DNA of 64,000 nt. Origin: Alphaproteobacteria bacterium. Its GTDB lineage: Bacteria > Pseudomonadota > Alphaproteobacteria > Bin95. The notes below the pieces were generated by a model. The model searched no databases, was not told the origin of the DNA, and worked only from the letters and a program-made list of their open reading frames with translations. The stretch covers positions 960,001 through 1,024,000 of the forward strand of contig OZ219785.1 in NCBI GenBank assembly GCA_964291285.2, given 5' to 3'. Shown in pieces: positions 24,047 through 35,624 of this stretch. Positions within the stretch are counted from its first letter, which is position 1. Each line of letters starts with the position of its first letter. Position numbers and translations under genes: made by a program.

Positions 24047-24856
24047 TTGTTCGCCGCCTTGCGCATAGCCAGCCGCCTGCCGCTCGCCTGCCTTTATCTC
24101 ATCGGGCGCTTGCTGCTGCCGCTCGCCCGCGCGGCCGTGCCGAGCCGGCGCCGCGTGGCGGAGCGCAACCTCGCCTCCGCCTTTCCCGCCGCGGAACTCC
24201 CGGGCCTTATGCGCCGCTTCTATGCCGCCAGCGCCGATCTGGCGATGGAGTCGATCCGGCTCATGTCCATTCCCAAGGCAGAGCTCGGCGCCCGTGTCCG
24301 GCTGGAGGGCGCGGAAGCGCTGGACGAGGGCGGCGCCCTGGTGCTGGCGGCCCATCACGGCAATATGCTCTGGGCCGTCGGCGCGCTGGCCGACGCTGTG
24401 CCTGCGCCGGTCTTCGTGGTCTACAAGCCGCCGCACGGAGACGTCCTGCACCGCATGCTGGAGGCCATCGGGGCGCGCTTCGACGGAACGCTGGTGCCGC
24501 TCAGGGAGGTGCGCCGGACCGTGCTTCGCTGCCGGCAGGAAAGCGGCGTGCTCGTTCTGGTGGCGGACCAGCGGCCAGGGGGCGCCGAGCGCCGCGAGGT
24601 CATGTTCTGCGGCCGGCGGACGGCCTTCTTCGCCGGGCCGGACCGCATCGGCCGCGCGCTCGATTGGCCGGTCTATTACCTGTCCTGCCGGCGCACGGGG
24701 CGGGGCCGCTATCTGTGCCGGGTCGAGAAACTCTGCGAACCGCCTTATGAAGAGGAGGACGCCGGCATCGTGCGGCGCTACGCGGCGCGGCTGGAGGCCG
24801 ATATCCGCAGCGCGCCGGAGGACTGGCTCTGGTTCCACAAGCGCTGGAAGGACTGA
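24047..24856 (+). CDS. Lipid A acyltransferase-like (lysophospholipid acyltransferase family)
   Basis: HHGN, LVADQ, PEDWLWFHKRWK. Confidence 0.78.
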   Translation: MFAALRIASRLPLACLYLIGRLLLPLARAAVPSRRRVAERNLASAFPAAELPGLMRRFYAASADLAMESIRLMSIPKAELGARVRLEGAEALDEGGALVLAAHHGNMLWAVGALADAVPAPVFVVYKPPHGDVLHRMLEAIGARFDGTLVPLREVRRTVLRCRQESGVLVLVADQRPGGAERREVMFCGRRTAFFAGPDRIGRALDWPVYYLSCRRTGRGRYLCRVEKLCEPPYEEEDAGIVRRYAARLEADIRSAPEDWLWFHKRWKD

Positions 24857-24874
24857 GAGGGGGAGCGGAAGGCG

Positions 24875-26329
24875 ATGACAGACGGCTGGGTGAGGCTGGA
24901 CGACAGCGTGATCGACGGCGCGGACATGGCGGAGAGGGCCGCGCGCGCGGCGACCGGTTTCGCCCGCCTCGGCGTCGGCCCCGGCGATGCGGTCGCCTGG
25001 CTGCTCCACAACGACGCCGCGGTGTTCACGGTCACCGACGCGGCCGGCTTGCTCGGGGCCTATGCCGTGCCGGTCAACTGGCACCTCGCGCCCGACGAGG
25101 TCCGCTACATCCTCGCCGACAGCGGCGCCAAGGCGCTGGTCGGGCACCCGCGATTGCTGGCGCCGCTGGGCGAACTGGACATACCGGCAATCCCGCTCTC
25201 GGACTGGCCGGACTGGCTCGCCGCCCATGAGCCCCATGCCGGGCCGGCGCTCGATCCGCCGGGTTCGATGATGTACACCTCCGGCACGACGGGCCGGCCC
25301 AAGGGCGTGCGCCGCCGGCCGGCCACGCAGGCGCAGCGCGACACCATTGCGGGCTTCCTCGCCGAGATCTACGGCCTGTATCCGGGCATGGTCTCGGCCG
25401 TCACCGCCCCGCTCTACCATGCCGCGCCCAACAACCACGCCATGATGACCCGGCTCGCCGGCGGCCATCTGGTGCTCATGGGGCGCTTCGACGCCGAGCG
25501 GTTCCTGGCGCTGGTCGAGGAGCACCGGATCGGCCACGCCTTCATGGCGCCGATCATGTTCGTGCGCCTCCTCAAGCTGCCGGAAGCGGTGCGGGCGCGC
25601 TACGACCTCTCCTCGCTGCGGCGCGTCATCCATGCGGGCGCGCCCTGCGCCCCGGACGTCAAGCGGGCGATGATCGAGTGGTGGGGGCCGGTGCTGGTCG
25701 AGTATTACGGCTCGACCGAGACCGGCATGGTGACCTGGTGCGATTCCGAAGAGTGGCTCCGGCGGCCGGGCACGGTCGGCCCGGTGATGCGGAACGCCGA
25801 GATCGTGATCTTCGACGAGGACAAGCGCCGCCTCGGCCCCGGCGAGACCGGCGAGATCTACTGCCTGCACCGGGACCTCATGCCCTTCACCTACCACAAC
25901 GACCCGGAAAAGCGCGCCGGCGTCGAGCATGAGGGTCTCGTGACCAACGGCGACATGGGCTATCTGGACGAGGCGGGCTACCTGTTCCTGAACGACCGCC
26001 GCCGCGACATGATCATCTCCGGCGGCGTCAACATCTACCCGGCCGAGATCGAGGCGGCGCTGATCGAGTGCCCCGGCGTCAGCGACTGCGCGGTGTTCGG
26101 CGTGCCGGACGAGGAATATGGCGAGCGGGTCGCCGCCGCCATCGAGCGCGAGCCCGGCAGCGACACGGACGAGGCGGCAGTGGCTGCCTTCCTCACCGGG
26201 CGCATTGCGGGCTATAAGCACCCCCGCCTGGTCGTCTTCCACGACTCGCTGCCGCGCGAGGACACCGGCAAGATTTTCAAGCGCATGCTCCGCGAGCCCT
26301 ATTGGGAAGCGGCCGGCCGGCGCATCTGA
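24875..26329 (+). CDS. Acyl-CoA synthetase (AMP-forming)
   Basis: YTSGTTGRPKG, YYGSTE, GDMGY, ISGGVNIYP. Confidence 0.92.
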   Translation: MTDGWVRLDDSVIDGADMAERAARAATGFARLGVGPGDAVAWLLHNDAAVFTVTDAAGLLGAYAVPVNWHLAPDEVRYILADSGAKALVGHPRLLAPLGELDIPAIPLSDWPDWLAAHEPHAGPALDPPGSMMYTSGTTGRPKGVRRRPATQAQRDTIAGFLAEIYGLYPGMVSAVTAPLYHAAPNNHAMMTRLAGGHLVLMGRFDAERFLALVEEHRIGHAFMAPIMFVRLLKLPEAVRARYDLSSLRRVIHAGAPCAPDVKRAMIEWWGPVLVEYYGSTETGMVTWCDSEEWLRRPGTVGPVMRNAEIVIFDEDKRRLGPGETGEIYCLHRDLMPFTYHNDPEKRAGVEHEGLVTNGDMGYLDEAGYLFLNDRRRDMIISGGVNIYPAEIEAALIECPGVSDCAVFGVPDEEYGERVAAAIEREPGSDTDEAAVAAFLTGRIAGYKHPRLVVFHDSLPREDTGKIFKRMLREPYWEAAGRRI

Positions 26330-26349
26330 GAAAAGGACGCCCGAACCCC

Positions 26350-27009
26350 ATGTTCTATGCCGACCACCGCAAGCACGGCCTCCGCCACAGCCCCTTCAAG
26401 GCTCTGGTGGCGCCGCGCCCCATCGCCTGGGTCTCGTCGCTCAGCACCGGGGGCGTGGTCAATCTCGCGCCCTACAGCTTCTTCAACGCGATGGCGGACT
26501 CACCGCCGATCATCGTCTTCGCGCCCAACAATCCGCGCCTCGGCGGCGGGCGCAAGGACACGCTGGAGAACATCGAGCAGACCGGCGAGTTCGTGGTGAA
26601 CCTTTGCAACTGGGACCTGCGGGTGGCGATGAACGAAAGCTCCGCGCATGTGCCGCCGGACGTGGACGAGATCGAGCTTGCGGGCCTGACGGCCGCCCCC
26701 TCGGAGATCGTGAAGCCGCCGCGCGTCGCGGAAGCCCCGGCCGCGCTCGAATGCGAGTTCCTGTTCCGCGTGCGCCTGCCGGGGTCGCACCCGAAGGTCG
26801 AGAACAATGCCTGCTTCGGCAGGGTGGTCGGCGTCCATATCTCGGACGACATCATCTTGGACGGCATGGTGGACATGACCCGCTACCGCCCGATCGCGCG
26901 CTGCGGCTACATGGACTATGCGCTGGTCGAAAGCGTCTTCTCCATGGACCGCCCCGACGACAATCTCGAAGCCTACGAAGCCCGCAGACGCCAGGAAGCG
27001 GCGGAGTAA
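26350..27009 (+). CDS. Flavin reductase-like protein
   Basis: PRPIAWVS, NLAPYSFFN, KDTL.NI..TGEFVVN. Confidence 0.88.
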   Translation: MFYADHRKHGLRHSPFKALVAPRPIAWVSSLSTGGVVNLAPYSFFNAMADSPPIIVFAPNNPRLGGGRKDTLENIEQTGEFVVNLCNWDLRVAMNESSAHVPPDVDEIELAGLTAAPSEIVKPPRVAEAPAALECEFLFRVRLPGSHPKVENNACFGRVVGVHISDDIILDGMVDMTRYRPIARCGYMDYALVESVFSMDRPDDNLEAYEARRRQEAAE

Positions 27010-27019
27010 CCGGGAACCC

Positions 27020-29662
<2,643 letters not shown>

Positions 29663-29788
29663 GCGTCGCAATCCTCCGGGCGGATGCGGGGAAGACGGGT
29701 TTGTATCGGCAGGGCCGGCGGCTGTCCACAGGCGGCGGCGGTCGCCCGCCCGCCCGGCGCGCCTGCGGAGGGGCCCGCTCCGGCGATG

Positions 29789-30245
29789 TGTCATGAAGTG
29801 TCATGAAGTGTCATGCGATGTCATGATCTGCATGCTCAGGCGTCATATCCTGTGTCCGTTTCGGGCATGGAGTCGGTCGCTTCGGGCGGAGGCTCCCGGT
29901 ATTCGGCCCGGTTTTCCGGTCCATGCGTCTTCGGCATGGGTTTCCCGCCTATAATCCCGGTTCGTTCCATCTCGCCGGCGCGCCGCCGCCCCGAGCGGCG
30001 GGACCCTAATTCGCGCGTATCCTGCGCGGGCGCCTGCGCCTGCCTGCGCGCGTCTCGCGGCGGCGCGAATCGCGCGCCTGATTGCCCGCGCGCGGGCGCG
30101 CGCGGGGACCCGGCAGAGGCCCGTCGCGCCCGGGAAGCCTTCCCCCGACGCGAAGCAGGGGACGAAGCCGTTTCCTTCCATCCGCTCTATATTGGTGCGG
30201 ACCTCTCATATTCAACTCGTGTGAAAGAATTATTTCATATTTCTT
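29789..30245. repeat. Dispersed intergenic element, copy 2
   Basis: tgtcatg at 29789, 29799, 29809 and 29819; blocks gagcggcgggaccct..ttcgcgcgtatc and tcgcgcgcctgattgc shared with 7247-7710. Confidence 0.75.
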
Positions 30246-30317
30246 GAACAGGGCGCTGTTGCCGGGCCGCGGCGGCGGGGGTCGCGGGCTACAGCCCCGG
30301 TCCCGGCTATGCCGCCG

Positions 30318-31619
30318 TCACGGCCGCGCGAAGCGGTCCGTAGCGAAGGGGGCCGGGTCGGCGGCCGGCTCCCGTCCCGCGGCAAGCTGGGCGGCGAGGA
30401 GGCCCGCGCCCGGCCCGAAGCCGAAGCCGTGGCCGGAAAGCCCGGTGGCGAGCGTCAGCCCGTCCAGCCCGGCGACCGGCCCGATCAGCGGCACCTCGTC
30501 CGGCGTCACGTCGATCATCCCGCCCCAGTCCTCGACTGCCGGCACGCCGCGAAGCTGCGGATAGGCGCGCCCTGCTGCGCGCAAGAGGGCGGCCGACAGC
30601 TTCTCGTCCGGAGCGGGGTCGAGCATGCGGGCCTGTTCCATCGGGCTGAACTGGTCCGCCCGCCAGTGCCGCCGGCCGAGCGCGCCGAAGAACTCGCGGC
30701 CGAGGCGGATCCGCGTCGCCCGCCAGCTTTCGCCGAGCAGCGGCAGGAAGGCCCGGAAATGGGCGAAGGCGGCGGGGATGAGGTCGAAGCGCGCCGTCCC
30801 GACCCGCCCGACCGTATAGCCGCCGTCGAGCCGCGGGCGCACCGAGGCCGAACGCATCCCCACCGGCCCGGGCGTGAAGGCGGGCGCGGGCGCGGTGCGC
30901 AGCGCCTGGGCGCTGACGGCGAGCTGCGGCAGCACGAGCCCCATGTTTTCGAGGAACGGCCGGGACCACGCGCCGCCCGCCAGGATGACGGCGCGGCAGG
31001 CCACGGCCCCGTGCTCGGTGACGACACCGGCGACCCTGCCGCCGGAAAGCTCCAGCGCGCGCACGGCCGTGTGCTCGAAGACCGCCGCGCCCGCCTCGGC
31101 CGCCAGGCGCGCCAGCGCCGGCACGGCGAGCGCGGGCTCGGCATGCATGTCGGTCGGCGTCAGCAGCCCGCCGGCGAAGCCCCCGGCGTCCTGGCCGACC
31201 AGCGCGCCCGCCTCGGCGGCGGAGAGCATGCGCGAGGAAAGCTGGAAGGGCCGCGCGGAGGCGAGCCACGCCTCCTGCCGGCCAAGCTCCTCCCCGTCCT
31301 CGGCGATATAGGCGATGCCCTGCTGGCGCAGGCCGAAATCCATCGGGCTGCGCTCGCCGAAGCGCCGCCAGAGCGCCTGCGATTCCAGCATCAGCGGAAT
31401 CTCGCGCAGGTCGCGCCCCTGGATGCGGATCCAGCCCCAATTGCGGGAGGACTGCTCGCCCGCGACCCGGCCCTTCTCGCAGAGCAGCACCGGCACGCCC
31501 CATTCCGCCAGGATGAGCGCGGCCGTTACGCCCACCACGCCGGCGCCGATGACGACGACCTCGACGGCCCCGGGCAGCGGGCGGTCCGGTCCGGGCGGGA
31601 ATTCCGGCGCTTCGTTCAT
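30318..31619 (-). CDS. FAD-dependent oxidoreductase (DAO family)
   Basis: VIGAGVVG, EQSSRNWGW, SGHGFG. Confidence 0.9.
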   Translation of the reverse strand: MNEAPEFPPGPDRPLPGAVEVVVIGAGVVGVTAALILAEWGVPVLLCEKGRVAGEQSSRNWGWIRIQGRDLREIPLMLESQALWRRFGERSPMDFGLRQQGIAYIAEDGEELGRQEAWLASARPFQLSSRMLSAAEAGALVGQDAGGFAGGLLTPTDMHAEPALAVPALARLAAEAGAAVFEHTAVRALELSGGRVAGVVTEHGAVACRAVILAGGAWSRPFLENMGLVLPQLAVSAQALRTAPAPAFTPGPVGMRSASVRPRLDGGYTVGRVGTARFDLIPAAFAHFRAFLPLLGESWRATRIRLGREFFGALGRRHWRADQFSPMEQARMLDPAPDEKLSAALLRAAGRAYPQLRGVPAVEDWGGMIDVTPDEVPLIGPVAGLDGLTLATGLSGHGFGFGPGAGLLAAQLAAGREPAADPAPFATDRFARP

Positions 31620-31736
31620 GGCCGCGCAGCATGCGCCCGCGCCGCCCCGCCGCGCAACCGGAGGCGGACGCGCGGGTCCGGCGGCCCGCAAGCAGGGGGC
31701 AGAACGAACGAGAGAGAGGCCCGGAAGGGGCTGCTG

Positions 31737-32366
31737 CTACTGGCTGGCCCAGACGATGCGGGCGATCCAGTCGAGGTCGCTCCGGGCGAGGACGTAGTCC
31801 TCATGGTCGGGATTGAAGGAGCGCAGCTCGACGCGCCGCGCGCTCAGCCGGCCGAGCCATTTGGCCAGCACCTCGCCCTCGCGGGTGCGCGCCACCACGC
31901 GGTCCCCGCGCCGGAGGCTCGCAGCCGGGGAGACCACCACGATGTCCCCGTCGCGATAGACCGGCTCCATGCTGTCGCCCGCGATCTCCAGCGCATAGGC
32001 GTTGGGGTCGCCCAGGCCCGGGAAGGCGACCTCGTCCCATCCCGCGCCGACCGCGTAGCCGGCATCGTCGAAATAGCCGTGGACGCCCGCCTGGGCATGG
32101 CCGATCACCGGAATGGTGCTCGCCGGCGCCCCCTCGCGCCGCAATTGCTCGCCGAACAGCCCCGAAACGCCGCAGCCGGTCGCTGCCATCGCCTTGGAAA
32201 TGCTCTCCGTACTGGGCCAGCGCGGCCGCCCGCCCCTGGTGGTCCGCTTGCTGCGGTTGAAGGTGGTGGCATCCAGCCCCGAGCGTTTGGCGAGTCCGGA
32301 TACCGACAGGCCGTGACGGTCCGCCAGCGCGTCGATCGCGGCCCAGACTTCGGAATGGGTCAGCAT
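31737..32366 (-). CDS. HTH + S24 peptidase (CI/LexA-like) repressor, divergent from the phage-like cluster
   Basis: N-terminal GL..SGLA..SGLD.TTFN.SKR...RWPSTES; A-G cleavage-type site (AQAG); GDSMEP catalytic Ser and downstream Lys (LAK). Confidence 0.88.
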   Translation of the reverse strand: MLTHSEVWAAIDALADRHGLSVSGLAKRSGLDATTFNRSKRTTRGGRPRWPSTESISKAMAATGCGVSGLFGEQLRREGAPASTIPVIGHAQAGVHGYFDDAGYAVGAGWDEVAFPGLGDPNAYALEIAGDSMEPVYRDGDIVVVSPAASLRRGDRVVARTREGEVLAKWLGRLSARRVELRSFNPDHEDYVLARSDLDWIARIVWASQ

Positions 32367-32392
32367 GGAATTCATCATAGGCACAAATCCGC

Positions 32393-32421
32393 TTGACATG
32401 CACTAGGAATTTGACCACATA
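32393..32421 (+). promoter_or_regulatory. Putative sigma70 promoter of the cluster's first gene
   Basis: TTGACA at 32393-32398; -10 element is weak. Confidence 0.45.
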
Positions 32422-32431
32422 CGGAAAATCG

Positions 32432-32446
32432 GAACATTCAAAGAAC
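32432..32446 (+). promoter_or_regulatory. Alphaproteobacterial LexA (SOS) box
   Basis: GAAC-attcaaa-GAAC, an exact GAAC-N7-GAAC, 13 bp upstream of ATG 32460. Confidence 0.7.
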
Positions 32447-32459
32447 CAAGGGGGGATTC

Positions 32460-32828
32460 ATGCCTGTTCCCGATTTTTCGCGGAGCACCCGCGACGAAAG
32501 ACCGTTCAGGAACGCCGAAGAGGCGTGGTTCTGGTTCATGTCCTGGCGCCTCGTGGTCGAGGATGGCGGCGTGCCGGGCCTTGAAGGCCGGGGCCGGCCC
32601 TGCACACCGCTCGACATGCTGGCCTGCCTGCGCCGGTTGGTAAAGCCCGGTGTGCTCACCCGGCGGCACCTGCAGGTGCTGACCGGGTTCGGCCGCCGCC
32701 TCGAAGCCCCGGCGCACGGGCCGCTGGCCCGGCTCTGGGAGGAGGGCATGGCGCGGCTGGAGGACCTGTTGCGCGCCAAGGGGATCGTTGCCGGCAGAGG
32801 CCCGGGACGCCCGGGGATCGCGGCATGA
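32460..32828 (+). CDS. Hypothetical protein, first gene of the phage-like cluster (candidate activator/antiterminator)
   Basis: Good RBS; helical basic protein PF..AEEAWFWF...RPC.P.D...LW.E...L.....KGIV; function is inference only. Confidence 0.65.
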   Translation: MPVPDFSRSTRDERPFRNAEEAWFWFMSWRLVVEDGGVPGLEGRGRPCTPLDMLACLRRLVKPGVLTRRHLQVLTGFGRRLEAPAHGPLARLWEEGMARLEDLLRAKGIVAGRGPGRPGIAA

Positions 32829-33217
32829 CGGGCGGTTCCGGGGATGGAGGCGGTTTCGGCGGACCGGCGCTTGCGGTGTTTTCCGGCAAGGCTGACCTCG
32901 GCTGGCTCCGGCTGCTCCGGCCGGGATTCCGCCACTGCTTCGTCGCGCTGGAGGAAGCCGGCCGCTGGATCACGGTCGATCCGCTGGCCGGCTATACCGA
33001 CGTCGCGGTGCAGCCCGTGCCGGCGGCTTTCGACCTTGCCGGGTTCTACCGCGAGCGGGGCTTCACCGTGGTCGAGACACGGCGACGGCGGCGCTTCCGG
33101 CCCGCGCCGCTCCTGCCCGCCACCTGCGTCGAAGTGGCCAAGCGGGTGCTCGGCATCGCCTCCTGGCGGGTGCTCACGCCGGGCCAGTTACACGATTTTC
33201 TCCTAAAATATGGGTAA
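32825..33217 (+). CDS. Hypothetical protein, possible permuted papain-like peptidase
   Basis: ATGA overlap; His (GFRHCF) precedes Cys (TCVE). Confidence 0.6.
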   Translation: MTGGSGDGGGFGGPALAVFSGKADLGWLRLLRPGFRHCFVALEEAGRWITVDPLAGYTDVAVQPVPAAFDLAGFYRERGFTVVETRRRRRFRPAPLLPATCVEVAKRVLGIASWRVLTPGQLHDFLLKYG

Positions 33218-33233
33218 TGTTTCTCTTATATAC

Positions 33234-33261
33234 TTGACAAATGAAAAACATGGGGTAGTAT
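33234..33261 (+). promoter_or_regulatory. Putative sigma70 promoter for the structural operon
   Basis: TTGACA-16 nt-TAGTAT within an AT-rich patch. Confidence 0.6.
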
Positions 33262-33286
33262 GCAGGTGAACATGAGGGAAACACAC

Positions 33287-34819
33287 ATGATTGCCGAAAC
33301 ACCGGATCCGGAAGCGCTGCTGGCGGGATACCGCCGCGGCGAGGCCCGGCGGCGTCCCTGGGAGGCGCTCTGGCGCGACTGCGCGACCCATGCCCTGCCT
33401 TACGGCGCGGACGGGGCGGTCAATGGCGATGGCGGCGCCGCCAGGCGCATCTATGACGCAACGGCCGCCGATGCCGCGGAGCAGCTTGCCGCCAGCCTGC
33501 TCGCCGAACTCACCCCGCCCTTCGAGCGCTGGGTCGGCTTCGAGCCGGGGATCGGGGCCGGTCCCGAGGCCGCCGATGCACTGGAAGCCGCCGCCGGCAC
33601 CGTGCAGGGCCATCTCGACCGCTCCGCCTTCGCAGTCGAGATGCACCAGGCGCTGCTGGACCTCGTGGTGCTCGGCACGGGCTGCCTGCTGTTCGAGGAG
33701 AGCGCGGTCGGCGCGGCCTCGGCCTTCCGGTTCACCGCCGTGCCGCTCCGCGAGGCGGTGCTGGAAGAGGGGCCGGAAGGGCGGCTCGACCGGGTGTGGC
33801 GTCGGCGCGAGTTCGGCCCCGCCGCGCTCCGCGCCCGCTTTCCCCGCGCGCCCGTCCCGAGCGGCGAGGGGCCCTTCGGCGTCGTCGAGCGCGTCGCGCC
33901 GGAGCCCAGCGGCGGCGCCGACGCCGCCAATTCGACGAATCGCCGCGTTCCGCGCGGCGGCGGCGCTGACGCCGCCAATTCGACGAATCGCCGCGTTCCG
34001 CGCGGCGGCGGCTACCGTTACCTCGCCGTGCTGGAAGGCGGCGGCGGGCAGGCGGCGCAGTTGCTGGCCGAGGGCCGCTTCGCGGTCTCGCCCTTCATCT
34101 GCTTCCGCTGGCTGAAGGCGCCGGGCGAGGTCTATGGGCGCTCGCCGGTGATGAAGGCGCTGCCCGACATCAAGACCGCCGACAAGGTGGTGGAGCTCGT
34201 CCTGAAAAACGCCTCGATCGCCGCGACCGGCATCTGGCAGGCGGACGATGACGGCGTGCTCGACCCGACGGCGGTGGAGCTGGTGCCGGGCGCGGTCATG
34301 CCGAAGGCGGTGGGCTCGGCGGGGCTGACGCCGCTCGCCGCGCCGGGGCGCTTCGACGTGTCGCAGATCGTGCTGGAGGACCTACGCAAGCGCATCCGCC
34401 ACGCGCTGCTCGCCGACCGGCTGGCCGAGCCCGCGAGCCCGGCCATGACCGCGACCGAGGTGCTGGAGCGCGCGGCGGAGACGGCGAGGCTGCTGGGCGC
34501 AACCTACGGGCGGCTGGAGGCCGAACTGCTGACGCCGCTCATCGGGCGCGCGCTCGCCATACTCGCCCGGCGCGGCGAGGTGCCGGCCTTTGCGCTGGAC
34601 GGGCGGGACGCGGGGCTCCGGCTGCGCTCGCCGCTGGCGCAGGCGGCCGGGCGGCGCGAAGCCGGGGCGGCGCTCACCTGGCTCGGCGCGGTGGCGGGGC
34701 TCGGGCCCGAGGCGCTGGCCGCCGTCGATACCGGCCGCGCCGCGCGCTGGCTCGGCGCCCGCCTCGGCGTGCCGCCCGCCCTGCTGGAGCCGCCGGACCT
34801 GCTGCCCGGCGCGGCCTGA
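33287..34819 (+). CDS. Podovirus-type portal (head-to-tail connecting) protein
   Basis: IYDATA, DLVVLGTG, RW....GEVYGRSP...ALPDIK, MTATEV.ER motifs of T7 gp8-like portals. Confidence 0.88.
   Translation: MIAETPDPEALLAGYRRGEARRRPWEALWRDCATHALPYGADGAVNGDGGAARRIYDATAADAAEQLAASLLAELTPPFERWVGFEPGIGAGPEAADALEAAAGTVQGHLDRSAFAVEMHQALLDLVVLGTGCLLFEESAVGAASAFRFTAVPLREAVLEEGPEGRLDRVWRRREFGPAALRARFPRAPVPSGEGPFGVVERVAPEPSGGADAANSTNRRVPRGGGADAANSTNRRVPRGGGYRYLAVLEGGGGQAAQLLAEGRFAVSPFICFRWLKAPGEVYGRSPVMKALPDIKTADKVVELVLKNASIAATGIWQADDDGVLDPTAVELVPGAVMPKAVGSAGLTPLAAPGRFDVSQIVLEDLRKRIRHALLADRLAEPASPAMTATEVLERAAETARLLGATYGRLEAELLTPLIGRALAILARRGEVPAFALDGRDAGLRLRSPLAQAAGRREAGAALTWLGAVAGLGPEALAAVDTGRAARWLGARLGVPPALLEPPDLLPGAA
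33911..34012 (+). repeat. In-frame 48-bp tandem repeat (2 copies) inside the portal gene
   Basis: Encodes (GGADAANSTNRRVPRG)x2; shares tcgccgcgttccgcgcggcggcggc with the repeat at 45744-45904. Confidence 0.9.
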
Positions 34820-34847
34820 CGAGGCGAACCGCACCGCAGTTTTCAGG

Positions 34848-34881
34848 CGGGCGGCTCCTCCGGGGGCCGCCCGTTTTCTTT
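34848..34881 (+). terminator. Intrinsic terminator between portal and scaffold genes
   Basis: GC hairpin cgggcggctcc/gggggccgcccg followed by ttttcttt. Confidence 0.7.
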
Positions 34882-34917
34882 CGACCCCTGACGACAATCC
34901 AAAGGAGACACGACCCC

Positions 34918-35598
34918 GTGGAAACGGACATCGAAACCGAAATGGAGACGCCGGTTCGCCCGGACGGCCTGCCGGACGAGTTCTGGGACGCCGACGCCGG
35001 CCAGGTGCGCCTCGGCGAGCTGGTCGGCGCTTACGGGGCCCTGGCCTCGGCAGAACGCCCGCCCGCGAGCCCGGAGGACTACCGGCTCGAGCTGGACGGG
35101 CTGATCGGCGGGCCTGACGCCGAGGCCAACCGGCGGATGCACGAGGCCGGCTTCACCAACGCCCAGGTCCAGCTCGTCTACGACATGGCGTCCTCGCTGC
35201 TGCTGCCGCTGGCGGGCGAGGTCGCGGGCGAACTGGAGCGGGCCGAGCGCGAGGCCCGGCTCGCGGACCGCTATGGCGGCGAGGACGGCTGGCGGCGCGC
35301 GAAAGGCCAGATGGAGGCCTGGGCGGCGGCCAACCTGCCGGCAGGCGTCGGCGCGGCGCTCACCGGCTCGGTCGAGGGCGCGGCGGCGCTGGAGCGGCTG
35401 ATGGATGCGGGCGAGCCCGGCCTCGGCGGCAGCGGCGGCGAACGGCCGGGCGGGGCGGTGACGCTCGACGGCCTGCGCCGCCTCCAGGGCGACCCGCGCT
35501 ACTGGCGCGACCGCGACCCCGCCCTCGTCCGGCAGGTGATGGAGGGCTACCGGCGCCTCTATCCGGGCGAAACCGAAACCGATCCCGGCGAGTCCTGA
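34918..35598 (+). CDS. Capsid assembly/scaffolding protein
   Basis: Position between portal and capsid; acidic; RPDGLPDEFWD and DPRYWRDRDP ends; AAGGAG RBS. Confidence 0.72.
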   Translation: METDIETEMETPVRPDGLPDEFWDADAGQVRLGELVGAYGALASAERPPASPEDYRLELDGLIGGPDAEANRRMHEAGFTNAQVQLVYDMASSLLLPLAGEVAGELERAEREARLADRYGGEDGWRRAKGQMEAWAAANLPAGVGAALTGSVEGAAALERLMDAGEPGLGGSGGERPGGAVTLDGLRRLQGDPRYWRDRDPALVRQVMEGYRRLYPGETETDPGES

Positions 35599-35624
35599 CG
35601 CGGGCTCGACACACCAACCCTGAA

